A DNA stretch of 64,000 nt, taken from assembly GCA_037189525.1 (NCBI GenBank), contig JBBCJC010000001.1, positions 160,001 to 224,000 of the forward strand. The letters run 5' to 3'. This stretch comes from Gemmatimonadales bacterium (GTDB lineage Bacteria > Gemmatimonadota > Gemmatimonadetes > Gemmatimonadales > GWC2-71-9). The translations under genes and the position numbers were made by a program. The notes beneath the pieces were generated by a model. The model was not told where the DNA came from. It saw only the letters and a program-made list of their open reading frames with translations, and ran no database searches. Each line of letters starts with the position of its first letter. Position 1 is the stretch's first letter. Positions 47,774 through 57,755 of this stretch are shown here, one piece after another.

Positions 47774-48841
47774 TTATCCGATCAGACCAAGTTCGGCGTC
47801 GATTTTAGGGAGATCGAGCACAAAAAAGAAGCGGGTGCCGGTGGAACCGGTCTCGACTTTGAGTTCGCCGTACATCGCTTCGACCAGCTTCCGGCAGATC
47901 GAAAGGCCAAGGCCCGATCCGGAGAAGGCGTAGTCGCGATCTTTCTGGCGACGGCGGAACGGCTCGAACAAAGTGGCCATGGCGGAGGCCGGAATGCCGC
48001 GTCCGCTGTCGCGCACCGAAAACTCGAGCGCACCGGACGCCGTTTCCGTCACCCGGATTTCGACGAACCCTTCGTCGGTGAACTTGAGTGCGTTGGTCGT
48101 CAGGTTGAGCAACACCCGGCTCAACGCCACCGGATGTCCCTGGCGCGAACTGGCCGCCGGCGACGTGACGCGCACCTCGAGTCCCTTCTCCTCGGCAATC
48201 GGCTGCACGATGTCGCGGACGGATTCGATGATATCCGCCACCGAGAACGGCAGCGGTTCCAGGTCGACCAGGCGGTCACCGCCGCGGGCCAGCTCGATCA
48301 CATCGCTCGCAACGGAACTCAGACCGAACGCCGCGCTGTAGATCAAGCCCAGCTGGCGTTCCTGCAGCGGTGTTATCGGACCGCTTCGTCCACGGTTGAG
48401 CGTCTCGGCGAGAAACAGGATCGAGGTCAGCGGCGAGCGGAGATCGTGGGCGACTTCGACGACGAGTTCGAGCCCATCCGGACCCGAGAGCCGATCGGTA
48501 AAGCGCTGATCCCAGGCGGGTTCGAGTTCCGTGCTCAGCCGTTCGAAGGCGGCCAGGATCCGAATCAGCTGGGCAGCGTCGGTCGGTGGCTGGGCTTCGA
48601 TCAGGCGAACGAACTCGCGGCGGACGAGACCCAGCATACGACGACTCAAGGGGCTGCCGGAAATCGACGCGGGCGTGTCGGTGGCATCCATTCGGTTTCG
48701 CACCGCGTCGGTCACCTGCCGGGCGGTCAGCGCAACCTCTTCGGGTGAGGCGGCGTCTTCGCGGATCGATTCGAAACTTGCGGAGGCGCGTTCGGTCGCG
48801 GTCGTGAGGAGCTGCAGCAGGTCGACCGCGCCGCCAGTCAT
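47774..48841 (-). CDS. Cytoplasmic histidine kinase
   Basis: AHDLRSPL, NLTTNALKFT, DSGRGI, GSGLGL; no TM segment. Confidence 0.92.
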   Translation of the reverse strand: MTGGAVDLLQLLTTATERASASFESIREDAASPEEVALTARQVTDAVRNRMDATDTPASISGSPLSRRMLGLVRREFVRLIEAQPPTDAAQLIRILAAFERLSTELEPAWDQRFTDRLSGPDGLELVVEVAHDLRSPLTSILFLAETLNRGRSGPITPLQERQLGLIYSAAFGLSSVASDVIELARGGDRLVDLEPLPFSVADIIESVRDIVQPIAEEKGLEVRVTSPAASSRQGHPVALSRVLLNLTTNALKFTDEGFVEIRVTETASGALEFSVRDSGRGIPASAMATLFEPFRRRQKDRDYAFSGSGLGLSICRKLVEAMYGELKVETGSTGTRFFFVLDLPKIDAELGLIG

Positions 48842-50370
48842 TCGCCGTCCTCCGCCCCCTTGGCGCGCGGGACGTTGTGCTTGTCCATCAGGCGGTACAA
48901 CGTGGTGCGATCGACACTCGCCAGACGCGCGGCCTTGGACATGTTGCCGTTGGCCCGGGCAACCAGCCGGACCAGGTAGTCCCGTTCGAACTGCGCGATG
49001 ATCTTTTCCTTGGCCGGATGATAGGCTTCGTCGGCGACCGGAAGGGACAGCAACGGCGCTTCGCGAGGTGCTTCATCATGACTGTCGTACGTCGGAATAT
49101 CGTCCGGACCGAGTACCTGATCCGGCTCGGCCAGCACGGCGACATGCTCGATCACGTTCTGCAGCTCGCGCACGTTCCCGTACCACGCTCGGCTGCGCAG
49201 ATGCGCAATGCACGCCTCGGAGATCTTCGGCGTCCGATCGGGCATGGCGCGATGGCGGGCCCAGTAATGGGTCAGGAAATGATTGGCGAGCAGCGGAATG
49301 TCTTCCAGCCGCTTCCTGAGCGGCGGCAGCGTGATCGGCACCACCCGCAACCGATAATACAGGTCGCCGCGCAGGATGCCGTTCTCCACCGCGTGCTGCG
49401 GCTCGCGGTTGGTTGCCGAGATGAACCGGACGTCGACCGTGGCATCGGAGGTTTCCGACCCGACGCGGCGAACCACGCCATCCTGCACTACGCGGAGCAG
49501 CTTGGCCTGGAGCGGCAGCGGCATCTCGGTCAGTTCGTCGAGGAAGAGCGTCCCGCCGTTGGCCGTCTCGAGGAGACCAGGTTTGTCGCGATCGGCGCCG
49601 GTAAAAGCGCCCTTCCGATGGCCGAACATCTCCGATTCGAGCAGCTGCTCCGGCAGGGCGGCGCAGTTGATCGGCACCAGGGTTTTCTTGGCGCGGCGGC
49701 TGTTCTGATGAATGAACTGCGCCACCACTTCTTTGCCGGTGCCGCTCTCCCCACTGATGAAGACGGAGGCATCGGTCGGCGCGACTTTGCGGGCCAGCTC
49801 GATCGCCTTCCGGAACAGCGGCGAGATCCCAATCAGGGCAATATTGTCGCTGTGGCTGTGCTGGTGCAGCAGCTGCTGGCGGAGGTCGCTCGCTTCGCGC
49901 GCCACCATCACTGCGTGCGAGGCGCGACCGATCAGCACCTGGAGGTGCGTCGCCGAAAACGGCTTGGGCAGGTAGTCCCAGGCACCGGCGCGCAGCGCTT
50001 CGATGCTCGTCGTCACGCTCGGATTGCCGGTCATCACGACCACGATCGTGTCGCGATGGGCGTTGAGCGCCGCCTGCAGAATCGCGAGACCGGACACCTG
50101 TGACATATACAGGTCGACGAGCACGATGTCGAAGCGGCGGTTCTTGAGCAGATCGAGCGCCTCTTCCCCGCGGCCTGCCAGGGTTACGGAATACCCGTCC
50201 ATTTGGAGAACGCTGGCGCAGCTCTCCCGAAGCGTCCGCTCGTCATCGACCAGGAGAATCCGAATCCCCGCCTTGACGTCGGACGGGATCGACAAGGGAT
50301 CCCGCGCGCCCGAAGACTCGACGGAAACAGGCTCAGAACTGGCCTTTTCGAGATGTGGGGGTACTCCCAT
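48838..50370 (-). CDS. Sigma54-dependent response regulator (NtrC family; start uncertain)
   Basis: REC domain (LLVDDE, VDLYM, YLPKP), GESGTGKE, GAFTGA, Fis-type HTH. Confidence 0.95.
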   Translation of the reverse strand: MGVPPHLEKASSEPVSVESSGARDPLSIPSDVKAGIRILLVDDERTLRESCASVLQMDGYSVTLAGRGEEALDLLKNRRFDIVLVDLYMSQVSGLAILQAALNAHRDTIVVVMTGNPSVTTSIEALRAGAWDYLPKPFSATHLQVLIGRASHAVMVAREASDLRQQLLHQHSHSDNIALIGISPLFRKAIELARKVAPTDASVFISGESGTGKEVVAQFIHQNSRRAKKTLVPINCAALPEQLLESEMFGHRKGAFTGADRDKPGLLETANGGTLFLDELTEMPLPLQAKLLRVVQDGVVRRVGSETSDATVDVRFISATNREPQHAVENGILRGDLYYRLRVVPITLPPLRKRLEDIPLLANHFLTHYWARHRAMPDRTPKISEACIAHLRSRAWYGNVRELQNVIEHVAVLAEPDQVLGPDDIPTYDSHDEAPREAPLLSLPVADEAYHPAKEKIIAQFERDYLVRLVARANGNMSKAARLASVDRTTLYRLMDKHNVPRAKGAEDGE

Positions 50371-50479
50371 CGAGCTGTCACCCCGTATATCCATAAAGTA
50401 ATTGCGCTGCCCGGTTGCATCACTCAGAGGCGAGAACTGTGCCGTGAGAACCGCAGCGCCGATTGCACCGTTCAGGCAG

Positions 50480-50554
50480 AGTTGACGAGGCGCAACAACA
50501 CCGAAGCCCACAATCGATGCAGCATAGCAACGATAATGTTGCACACGAGCATCG
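50480..50554. promoter_or_regulatory. Cluster of YGWTGC-N6-GCAWCR enhancer-like sites
   Basis: AGTTGA-N6-GCAACA (50480), CGATGC-N6-GCAACG (50515), TGTTGC-N6-GCATCG (50537). Confidence 0.6.
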
Positions 50555-50820
50555 ACAATCCATAGATTGATGAATGCCTGAAACAGCTCCACAGGCTCCT
50601 GGCATCACGTTTTGGCTGCGGGAACCGTCGTCTCTTGCGAAAAGCGATGCTTGGACCCCACAGAATCAGCCCATTGGATCGTTGTAAGTCATTTTGGATT
50701 AATTATAGACCGGTTAGACTGGTCGATTTTCGTACTTCAAAGTGCCACAGGCCGCTCCGACCGCCCTCGGGAGGGCGGCGGGCTGAACCGGATACCTCAA
50801 AAGCGGATTGCGGCAAAACC

Positions 50821-50836
50821 CGGTATTGAGCTTGCA
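50821..50836 (+). promoter_or_regulatory. Sigma54 -24/-12 promoter of wzc
   Basis: CGGTAT-TGAGC-TTGCA (GG-N10-GC). Confidence 0.65.
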
Positions 50837-50914
50837 ATGGAAGCCTGACTTGATCCCACCCGGCTTCGCACAACAGCGGACGGAGCGGGGGACGGCGGAC
50901 AACGAGGATAACTG

Positions 50915-53344
50915 GTGATGACCAATCGGATTACAGGCGGATCGGACCCGGGCCGCGCCCTCCAGCCAGGTGTGAACTCGGCGTTGGGGTCGTACGACCC
51001 CAACATGGCGTACCCCGAACCGCCCGAGGACGACGAAGCCGAAGGCGGTCTCGATATCGGGCGGATGATCGCCGCGATTTTCCGCTACAAGTGGCTCGTC
51101 CTCGGTATCCTGGCGGTCGGCACGGCGGCGAGCCTCTTTGCCACCCGATTCATCAAGCCGACCTATTCGGCATCCGCCACCGTCTATGTCACCCAGGGCA
51201 GCCATACCGGCAGCGGCCCGATCCGGACCGACGGAATCATCCGTGACAACTCCTGGCCCCAGTTGGTCCGCAGCTTCGCGGTGATCGACCCGGTGGTCCG
51301 TGCATATCGGTTGTACCTCTGGCATCCGCCGACCGACAGCCTGCCGTTCCGCGGCTTCGACCTGGCAACGCGGTTCCAACCCGGCGATTACCGGCTCCAG
51401 ATCGATGCGACCGGACAACGCTACACGCTGCTGCGCGGCAAGAGTATTTCCGTCGAGAGCGGCGCCGTGGGCGATTCCATCGGCCGGACGGTCGGGTTCC
51501 AGTGGGCGCCACCCGCCGGGACATTCGCGCCGGGCATAGAGATTCCTTTCAGCGTCTCGGTACCACGCGACGTCTCGGCCGGCCTGGCAAGCTCGCTTCA
51601 GATCCGGGTTGCGCAGCAGAGCGCGCTGATGGTCATCGGGCTACAGGATTCCGACGCCGAGCGGGCTGCGCAAACCGTCAACGCCATCGTCGACCAGTTC
51701 CTCCTGGTCGCCGACGGGCTCAAACGGGATCAGTTGGCCAACGTCACGAAGGACCTCACCGAGCAGATCCGCATCGCGGATTCGTCGATGCGAACGGCGG
51801 AAACAGAACTGGAATCGTTCCGCGTCCGGACCATTACACAGCCGCGGATAGAGCAACAGGCGCCCGTCGCTGCCGGCCTGCAGCAGACCCAGCCGGTGGT
51901 GGCCAGTAACTTCATGGCCAAGCAGCTCGAACTGAGCAACCTCGAGAAAGACCGCATTGCGATCGAGCAGTTGGTCCGGCAGGGGCGCGAAACCGGCTCG
52001 GTGCCTGTCGATGCCTATCATACGATTCCGGCCATCCGCACCGCCCCGGATCTGGTGACCGTGCTGGGCGAAGTATCCCGGACCGAAGCCGAACTGCGTA
52101 GCTTACGCAATCGCTACACCGACGAATACGGCGGCATCAAGAAGCTGGTGGCCGACTTGGGCGAGCTGACCACCCGGACCGTGCCGCTCTACGCCGAGCG
52201 CCTGATCAGCCAGCTGCGCAGTCAGGAAACGACGCTCCGCGCCGAAATCGAGCGCGACGCCCGGGAAATGCGCGAGATTCCGATTCGAGCCCACACCGAG
52301 GACCGCCTGTCGCGTGACGCCCAGTCGGCCGTGGGGCTGCGCCAGAATCTCCAAAACCGGCTGCAGGAAGCACGGCTGGCGGAGTTGACCGCCACGCCGG
52401 ACGTCCGCATCCTCGATCGGGCCGAGGTGTCGAGCTATCCGTCGTCCAACACCGCTCCACGGATCGTGCTCTTCGGCGTGGCAGCGAGTCTGGGCCTGGC
52501 GCTCGCCCTCGCCATCCTACTCGATCGGATCGACAAACGGTTCCGCTATCCGGACCAGGTCTCCCAGGGACTGGGCCTCGCGATTCTCGGCGCGGTGCCG
52601 GTCATTCGCCGCAGCCGCGGGGCGGTCCTCTCCGATATGGAGACGGCGCCGATCGTGGAAGCCTTCCGCTCGATCCGCATGAACCTGGCACACTCGTATC
52701 GCGACGGCGAACCCATCACGCTGACCATCACCAGTCCGATGGCCGGCGACGGCAAGTCGCTCATCTCGTCGAATCTCGCCATGTCGTTCGCCGAGGCGGG
52801 GTATCAGACCGTCCTGATCGACGGCGACACGCGCCGGGGTGAACTGTATCGGGTCTTTGGCGGCGAACGCCGGCCCGGCCTGCTCGACCACCTCGACGGC
52901 GAGGCAACCCTCGAACAGATCTGCCGACAGACGGCGGCGCATCCGAAACTGACGCTGATTCCCTGTGGAACCCGCATTTCGCGTGGCCCCGAACTGCTCG
53001 GCTCGGCGGCAATGACCGACCTGGTCAACACGCTGCGCTCCCAGTACCAGGTCGTCCTGATCGACAGCCCGCCGCTCGGCGCCGGCATCGATCCATTCGT
53101 ATTGAGTACGGTCACCGGCAATGTGGTGATCGTCCTGCGCGCCGGCGAGACCGACCGCGAACTGGCCGAGGCGAAGATTCAGCTGATGGATCGACTGCCG
53201 ACGCGGGTTCTGGGCGCCGTGCTCAATCACATCGATATCGGCAAGGGCTCGTACAAGTACTACGCCTACGAATATCCGACACGAGGCGAGAGCGAAGACA
53301 CCCGGCCGGCGGCCGACAAGCCGATCGCGCTGCCGCGATCCTGA
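50915..53344 (+). CDS. wzc: Polysaccharide co-polymerase / tyrosine autokinase
   Basis: Two TM helices, coiled coil, EAFRSIRMNL, SPMAGDGKS, VLIDGD, IDSPP, Tyr cluster YKYYAYEY. Confidence 0.93.
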   Translation: MMTNRITGGSDPGRALQPGVNSALGSYDPNMAYPEPPEDDEAEGGLDIGRMIAAIFRYKWLVLGILAVGTAASLFATRFIKPTYSASATVYVTQGSHTGSGPIRTDGIIRDNSWPQLVRSFAVIDPVVRAYRLYLWHPPTDSLPFRGFDLATRFQPGDYRLQIDATGQRYTLLRGKSISVESGAVGDSIGRTVGFQWAPPAGTFAPGIEIPFSVSVPRDVSAGLASSLQIRVAQQSALMVIGLQDSDAERAAQTVNAIVDQFLLVADGLKRDQLANVTKDLTEQIRIADSSMRTAETELESFRVRTITQPRIEQQAPVAAGLQQTQPVVASNFMAKQLELSNLEKDRIAIEQLVRQGRETGSVPVDAYHTIPAIRTAPDLVTVLGEVSRTEAELRSLRNRYTDEYGGIKKLVADLGELTTRTVPLYAERLISQLRSQETTLRAEIERDAREMREIPIRAHTEDRLSRDAQSAVGLRQNLQNRLQEARLAELTATPDVRILDRAEVSSYPSSNTAPRIVLFGVAASLGLALALAILLDRIDKRFRYPDQVSQGLGLAILGAVPVIRRSRGAVLSDMETAPIVEAFRSIRMNLAHSYRDGEPITLTITSPMAGDGKSLISSNLAMSFAEAGYQTVLIDGDTRRGELYRVFGGERRPGLLDHLDGEATLEQICRQTAAHPKLTLIPCGTRISRGPELLGSAAMTDLVNTLRSQYQVVLIDSPPLGAGIDPFVLSTVTGNVVIVLRAGETDRELAEAKIQLMDRLPTRVLGAVLNHIDIGKGSYKYYAYEYPTRGESEDTRPAADKPIALPRS

Positions 53345-53345
53345 C

Positions 53346-53392
53346 GAAACAGCGCTCGGCGCGCAATACGCGCCGAGCGCTGTTTCACTTTT
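53346..53392. terminator. Strong hairpin terminator between convergent genes
   Basis: GAAACAGCGCTCGGCGCG-CAATA-CGCGCCGAGCGCTGTTTC (perfect 18-bp stem) plus ACTTTT. Confidence 0.85.
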
Positions 53393-53421
53393 CCGGTCTC
53401 ATTCCGCCCCGATGGCGGGAG

Positions 53422-54273
53422 TTACGAGGCCGATGCGAGCCCATCCCAATCGAAGCGGGTGTCCGCCCCGGACGCGGGTACGTCGGTCGCACAGAAGGTC
53501 AGATCGGGCCGACCCACGGCCTGGCCCAGCCCGGCGCGCGCCGCCAGTTCATTGACGCGATCGACGAGCTGCTGACCAAGCACCTCGCCCGCTCCCACGG
53601 CGACGACGGCAAACTGCAGTGGACCCAACCGGCCGATCGCGTCCGAGGACCGTCCGGTCCGGCGCAGTACCTCACCCAGTTGCCGGGCAAGGCCGTCGGC
53701 GGCGGGCGGCAGATGCTCGACCGGCTCGCGCGGCCGCAACAGGACCGCGCTGACCCGCTCCTTCCGGCGGGCGGCATCGGCGCAGAGTTCGCCGCTTCGC
53801 CGAATCAGGCCGCGCCGGTTGTAGAGTCCCGACGCCTCGTCGACCAGCCCCTCATCACGCGAGGCGTCCGAGGCCGTCTTGGCTTCGAGAAAGAGCTGCA
53901 GCTTGACGAGGAGCGCTTCGGGGTCGAGCGGATAGCCGAAAAACTCCCACGCGCCCGCGCGATAGGCCGCAAAGCGCTGCTGCCGACCTGACGGGCCGGC
54001 CGTGGTGATGAACACGGGCGTCGACCGGCTCCAGTCGGGCCAGGATCGGAGCGTCTGACACACGGTGAGGCCGTCGAAATCCGGCATTTGCATGTCGAGG
54101 ATCACCGCGTCAGGTTTGCTCGAAGCCGCCCGATCGAGGGCCTGCCGTCCGGTATACGCCCGGACGACACGATAGCCTTGACCGGCCAGGATGGATTCGA
54201 GAGACCGCGCGGCCCATTCCTGATCGTTGGCGACGAGAACGGTCAGCTGCGACATCGGGACATTCTCATCCAT
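53422..54273 (-). CDS. Response regulator with degenerate GGDEF domain
   Basis: REC (VANDQ, ILDMQMP); DEASGLYNRRG; GGDEF position reads GPLQF. Confidence 0.8.
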   Translation of the reverse strand: MDENVPMSQLTVLVANDQEWAARSLESILAGQGYRVVRAYTGRQALDRAASSKPDAVILDMQMPDFDGLTVCQTLRSWPDWSRSTPVFITTAGPSGRQQRFAAYRAGAWEFFGYPLDPEALLVKLQLFLEAKTASDASRDEGLVDEASGLYNRRGLIRRSGELCADAARRKERVSAVLLRPREPVEHLPPAADGLARQLGEVLRRTGRSSDAIGRLGPLQFAVVAVGAGEVLGQQLVDRVNELAARAGLGQAVGRPDLTFCATDVPASGADTRFDWDGLASAS

Positions 54274-54656
54274 TGCTGACCAGGACCGAGTAGAAACTGG
54301 CAAAAAGTGTGGTTTGTGAGCGGTAGCACCGATGAATCCGTGCAACAGGTCCCTTTCGTGGCGTTCCCGTTGCCGAAGCGGGACTCCGCTCGACGGAAAT
54401 ATCGTATATCTTTGATTGACAACGATTTATCGTCATGAAACCTCAACCTGGCCCACACGAGACTGCCAAAGACGGAATCGATTTCATGCAAGGTTCTGGC
54501 CGATGCCGCATCTGCAACCGGTCCAGGACGCGAAATCGTGCAAGAAATTGCACTATTCACCCACTCACAGGGGGCATCGGGGACCGTGCCATTCTTAGCA
54601 CGAGTCCTGCGGTGGGAAGCAGAATGAGGCGATCCTGGAAAAGAAAGACGGCAATC

Positions 54657-55463
54657 ATGGTGCGTGTGTTCAGCGGGTGGCGTGGAATGGCAGTCGTAAT
54701 GCTCAGCCTGGTACTCGGGGCGTCCGAGCTTCGGGCCCAGGACGCCGTTGTCGACATCCGCCGCGCGCAGGCCACCCGCCAGGAACTCGAGGCCGCGCTG
54801 GCGCAGCTCAAGGAGATCAGTAATTCCCCGGGCTACAGCAGCACGTTGCGCCGGGCCAAGGAGGCCGAGGCTGCCCTGGTACAGCAGCGCCTGACCGATG
54901 GGGACTTCCAGGTAGGCGATCAGATCGAGGTGGCCGTCGTCGGCGATACCGGCCTGACTGGCACCTTTACGATTCTGCCGGGCCGCACGGTGGCTTTCCC
55001 GAACCTGCCGCCCATTTCGCTCCAGGGCATCCTCCGCTCGGAGAGTTCCGAGTATCTGACGCGGGAAATCGGCAAGTACGTCAAGAATCCGCAGGTCTTG
55101 ATTCAGGCGTCGTACATCCGGCTCGCCGTCCTCGGCGCGGTCGTGCGGCCCGGATATTACAACCTGCAGGCCGACCGGCTGGTCAGCGACGCCATCATGG
55201 CCGCCGGAGGACCGACCGGTGGCGCCGACGTGGGCAAGACGATCGTGCGCCGCGGCAATCGGGAGGTCATCTCTCGCGATCAGCTGCAGCTCGCGGTGTC
55301 GAGCGGCCAGTCGCTCGACCATCTGAATCTGAACGGTGGCGACGAACTGGTGGTCGGCGGGTCGGTCGACGCCGCATTACCGCCCGGCTCGAGCATGATG
55401 CGATGGTTACTCCCGGCGCAGCTGCTGCTGGGTCTCCTGGTCTTAGGCGTACAGATTCTCTAA
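54657..55463 (+). CDS. Polysaccharide export OPX/Wza-like protein with SLBB domain (start uncertain)
   Basis: FQVGDQIEV, YVKNPQV, VLGAVVRPG, AIMAAGG, GGDELVV; C-terminal hydrophobic helix. Confidence 0.8.
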   Translation: MVRVFSGWRGMAVVMLSLVLGASELRAQDAVVDIRRAQATRQELEAALAQLKEISNSPGYSSTLRRAKEAEAALVQQRLTDGDFQVGDQIEVAVVGDTGLTGTFTILPGRTVAFPNLPPISLQGILRSESSEYLTREIGKYVKNPQVLIQASYIRLAVLGAVVRPGYYNLQADRLVSDAIMAAGGPTGGADVGKTIVRRGNREVISRDQLQLAVSSGQSLDHLNLNGGDELVVGGSVDAALPPGSSMMRWLLPAQLLLGLLVLGVQIL

Positions 55464-56233
55464 TGGAATCAGCGCCAGGCACCTCCAGTATCGCGGTCAA
55501 CCCGCGGACTCGGCAGCCGCAGGCAGGTCGCCGAACCATTTCGGAGGAAGGCCGTCTTTCGCAGCAGGCAAAGATGGTGGCTCCCCCGCCCGAGGGCGCC
55601 CGGCGCTGGCTCAATGTGGCCGTGGCGATCGTGCTGCTGATCATTGCGATGCCCGTGATGATCATCATCGCCGTGCTCACCAAGTTGACGTCCAAGGGGC
55701 CGATCCTCTATCGGCAGACCCGGATCGGCATGGATCATCGGCTGCCCGGCGAGGTGCCGCTCCGGATCAGCCGGCAGCGCGTCTGCGACTTGGGCGGGCG
55801 GCCCTTCGTGATCTATAAGTTCCGGACCATGCGAGTCGACGCCGAAAGCGGTACAGGCGCGGTCTGGGCCAAAGAGAAGGATCCGCGGGTCACCTGGATC
55901 GGCGGCCTGCTCCGTCAGACCCGGCTCGACGAGCTGCCCCAGCTGTTCAACGTGCTCAAGGGCGACATGAACGTGGTCGGTCCGCGGCCGGAACGCCCCA
56001 GCATCTTCCTGCGCCTCGCCGATGAACTGGAAGACTATCAGCTGCGCCAGCGGGCGCGGCCGGGCATCACGGGGCTCGCACAAGTCAGTCAGCAGTACGA
56101 TCGCAACATGGACGACGTCGCGCGCAAGCTGCAGTTCGATCTCGAATATGTGCGCACCCAGAGCCTGCGCACCGACCTCGCCATCATGCTCAAGACCATT
56201 CCAGTGGTCCTGTTCCGTAAGGGCGGCTGGTGA
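55463..56233 (+). CDS. Priming sugar transferase (phosphoglycosyl transferase)
   Basis: IYKFRTM, DPRVT, RLDELPQLFNVLKGDM, VGPRPE, PGITGLAQV. Confidence 0.95.
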   Translation: MESAPGTSSIAVNPRTRQPQAGRRTISEEGRLSQQAKMVAPPPEGARRWLNVAVAIVLLIIAMPVMIIIAVLTKLTSKGPILYRQTRIGMDHRLPGEVPLRISRQRVCDLGGRPFVIYKFRTMRVDAESGTGAVWAKEKDPRVTWIGGLLRQTRLDELPQLFNVLKGDMNVVGPRPERPSIFLRLADELEDYQLRQRARPGITGLAQVSQQYDRNMDDVARKLQFDLEYVRTQSLRTDLAIMLKTIPVVLFRKGGW

Positions 56234-57114
56234 CGAGCGTCACCGCCCCGAGTGCAAGCCCGGGCTCCAGGTCTACCCTCTCCGGCAACTGGTTTCCCTA
56301 CGCTGTCGGCATCACCGCGTTTGCGGTGCTGTTCGCCGAGCCGTTTCAGCTCCTGCTGCGCGACTGGTGGAACGATCCGGAAGCGGGGCACGGACTGCTG
56401 CTCGGCCCGGTCGCGGTGTGGTTGGCCTGGCGGAGCCGTTCGGGCGTCGATCTGGCGCCGGCACGCGGGTTTGGCATCGCAATCCTGGTCGGCGCCGTCG
56501 CACTTCGATATCTGTCGAGCCTGGCCGCCGAGCTGTTCACGATGCGGATGTCGATGGTCTTTGCGCTTGCCGGGCTGGTCGTCTACTTCGGCGGCTGGGC
56601 ACGGCTCAAAGCCTGGTGGCTTCCGTTTACGTTGCTGGTCCTGTCGATTCCGTTGCCCGCGGTCCTGGTAGGCAGCATTGCGCTGCCGTTGCAATTCCAG
56701 GCCTCCCAAATCGGCGCGGCCCTGCTGGAGATGCGCTCGATCCCCGTCCGGCTCGACGGTAACCTGATCCTGTTGCCGGGGCACCGCCTGTTCGTGACCG
56801 AAGCCTGCAGCGGGTTGCGATCGCTGACGGCGCTGCTCAGCCTTGGCGTCCTGGCCGGCGGCCTGTGGCTCCGCTATCCGGTGTCGCGCGCGGCCCTCGT
56901 CATGAGCGCCATTCCGGTGGCCGTGCTGCTCAACGGTGTGCGGGTTTTCCTGACGGGATTCCTGGTCTTCATGGTCGACCCTGCGCTGGGTGAAGGCTTC
57001 ATGCACATGACCGAGGGCTGGGCCATGTTCGTGATCGCCTTCGGCATCCTGGGCGGCTTTGCCTGGGCCATCTCGTCGATCGAAGCGCGTTTTGCGCAGC
57101 GAGGGACGCGATGA
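56230..57114 (+). CDS. epsH: Exosortase (EpsH family)
   Basis: Multi-TM; catalytic Cys in VTEACSGLRSL, Arg in NGVRV, His in FMH. Confidence 0.93.
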   Translation: MTSVTAPSASPGSRSTLSGNWFPYAVGITAFAVLFAEPFQLLLRDWWNDPEAGHGLLLGPVAVWLAWRSRSGVDLAPARGFGIAILVGAVALRYLSSLAAELFTMRMSMVFALAGLVVYFGGWARLKAWWLPFTLLVLSIPLPAVLVGSIALPLQFQASQIGAALLEMRSIPVRLDGNLILLPGHRLFVTEACSGLRSLTALLSLGVLAGGLWLRYPVSRAALVMSAIPVAVLLNGVRVFLTGFLVFMVDPALGEGFMHMTEGWAMFVIAFGILGGFAWAISSIEARFAQRGTR

Positions 57115-57755
57115 CGATGACGGTACGCGCCGCCTGGATTCCGACAGCCATTCTGATCGTCGGGTGCCTGCTCAACGGATCGACCCGGATGCAGCGAACC
57201 ATGCCGCTGGTCGAACCGCTGACCGCCTTTCCCAACCGGATCGACGACTTCGAGGGCAGCGACATCACGATGACCGACGACGAAGTGCGCGTCGCCGGTG
57301 TCACGGACTATCTCTTCCGCCTCTATCGCGCGCCCGACCGGCCCGATTTCTCCGTCTACGTGGGCTACTACGCTAGCCAGGCGCGGGGCAAGACCATCCA
57401 TTCGCCGAAGAACTGCCTCCCCGGTGCCGGCTGGGAAGCGCTGGCATCGGAACCGATGGAGATCCCACACGCCGGCGGCGATCCCGTGCGCGTCAACCGG
57501 TTCATGGTGGCCAACAAAGATCAGAAGGCGCTGGTCTACTACTGGTATCAGGGGCGCGGCCGCACCGAGTCCAACGAGTACCGCGTCAAGCTCGATCTGA
57601 TGCTGGACGCCGCCGTGACGCGCCGGACGGAAGAAGCGCTGGTGCGCATCGTTCTGCCGCTCGACGGCCGGCTCGAGGAAGCGAACGCCGATGCTATGGC
57701 CGCCGATCTGATCCGCCGGATCAGCACCGAACTCAAGCGGAACCTCCCGGCGTAA
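57111..57755 (+). CDS. epsI: EpsI family exosortase-associated protein
   Basis: YVGYY, IHSPKNCLPGAGW, VYYWYQ, ALVRI. Confidence 0.92.
   Translation: MTMTVRAAWIPTAILIVGCLLNGSTRMQRTMPLVEPLTAFPNRIDDFEGSDITMTDDEVRVAGVTDYLFRLYRAPDRPDFSVYVGYYASQARGKTIHSPKNCLPGAGWEALASEPMEIPHAGGDPVRVNRFMVANKDQKALVYYWYQGRGRTESNEYRVKLDLMLDAAVTRRTEEALVRIVLPLDGRLEEANADAMAADLIRRISTELKRNLPA

Noticed and set aside
50371..50592. 74-aa N-terminal extension of the sigma54 regulator ORF
   Set aside because: Overlaps the enhancer-like cluster and is not protein-like; more likely non-coding regulatory DNA
54596..54611. TAGCAC-GAGTC-CTGCG as a sigma54 promoter for the OPX operon
   Set aside because: Lacks the near-invariant GG at -24, so too weak to call
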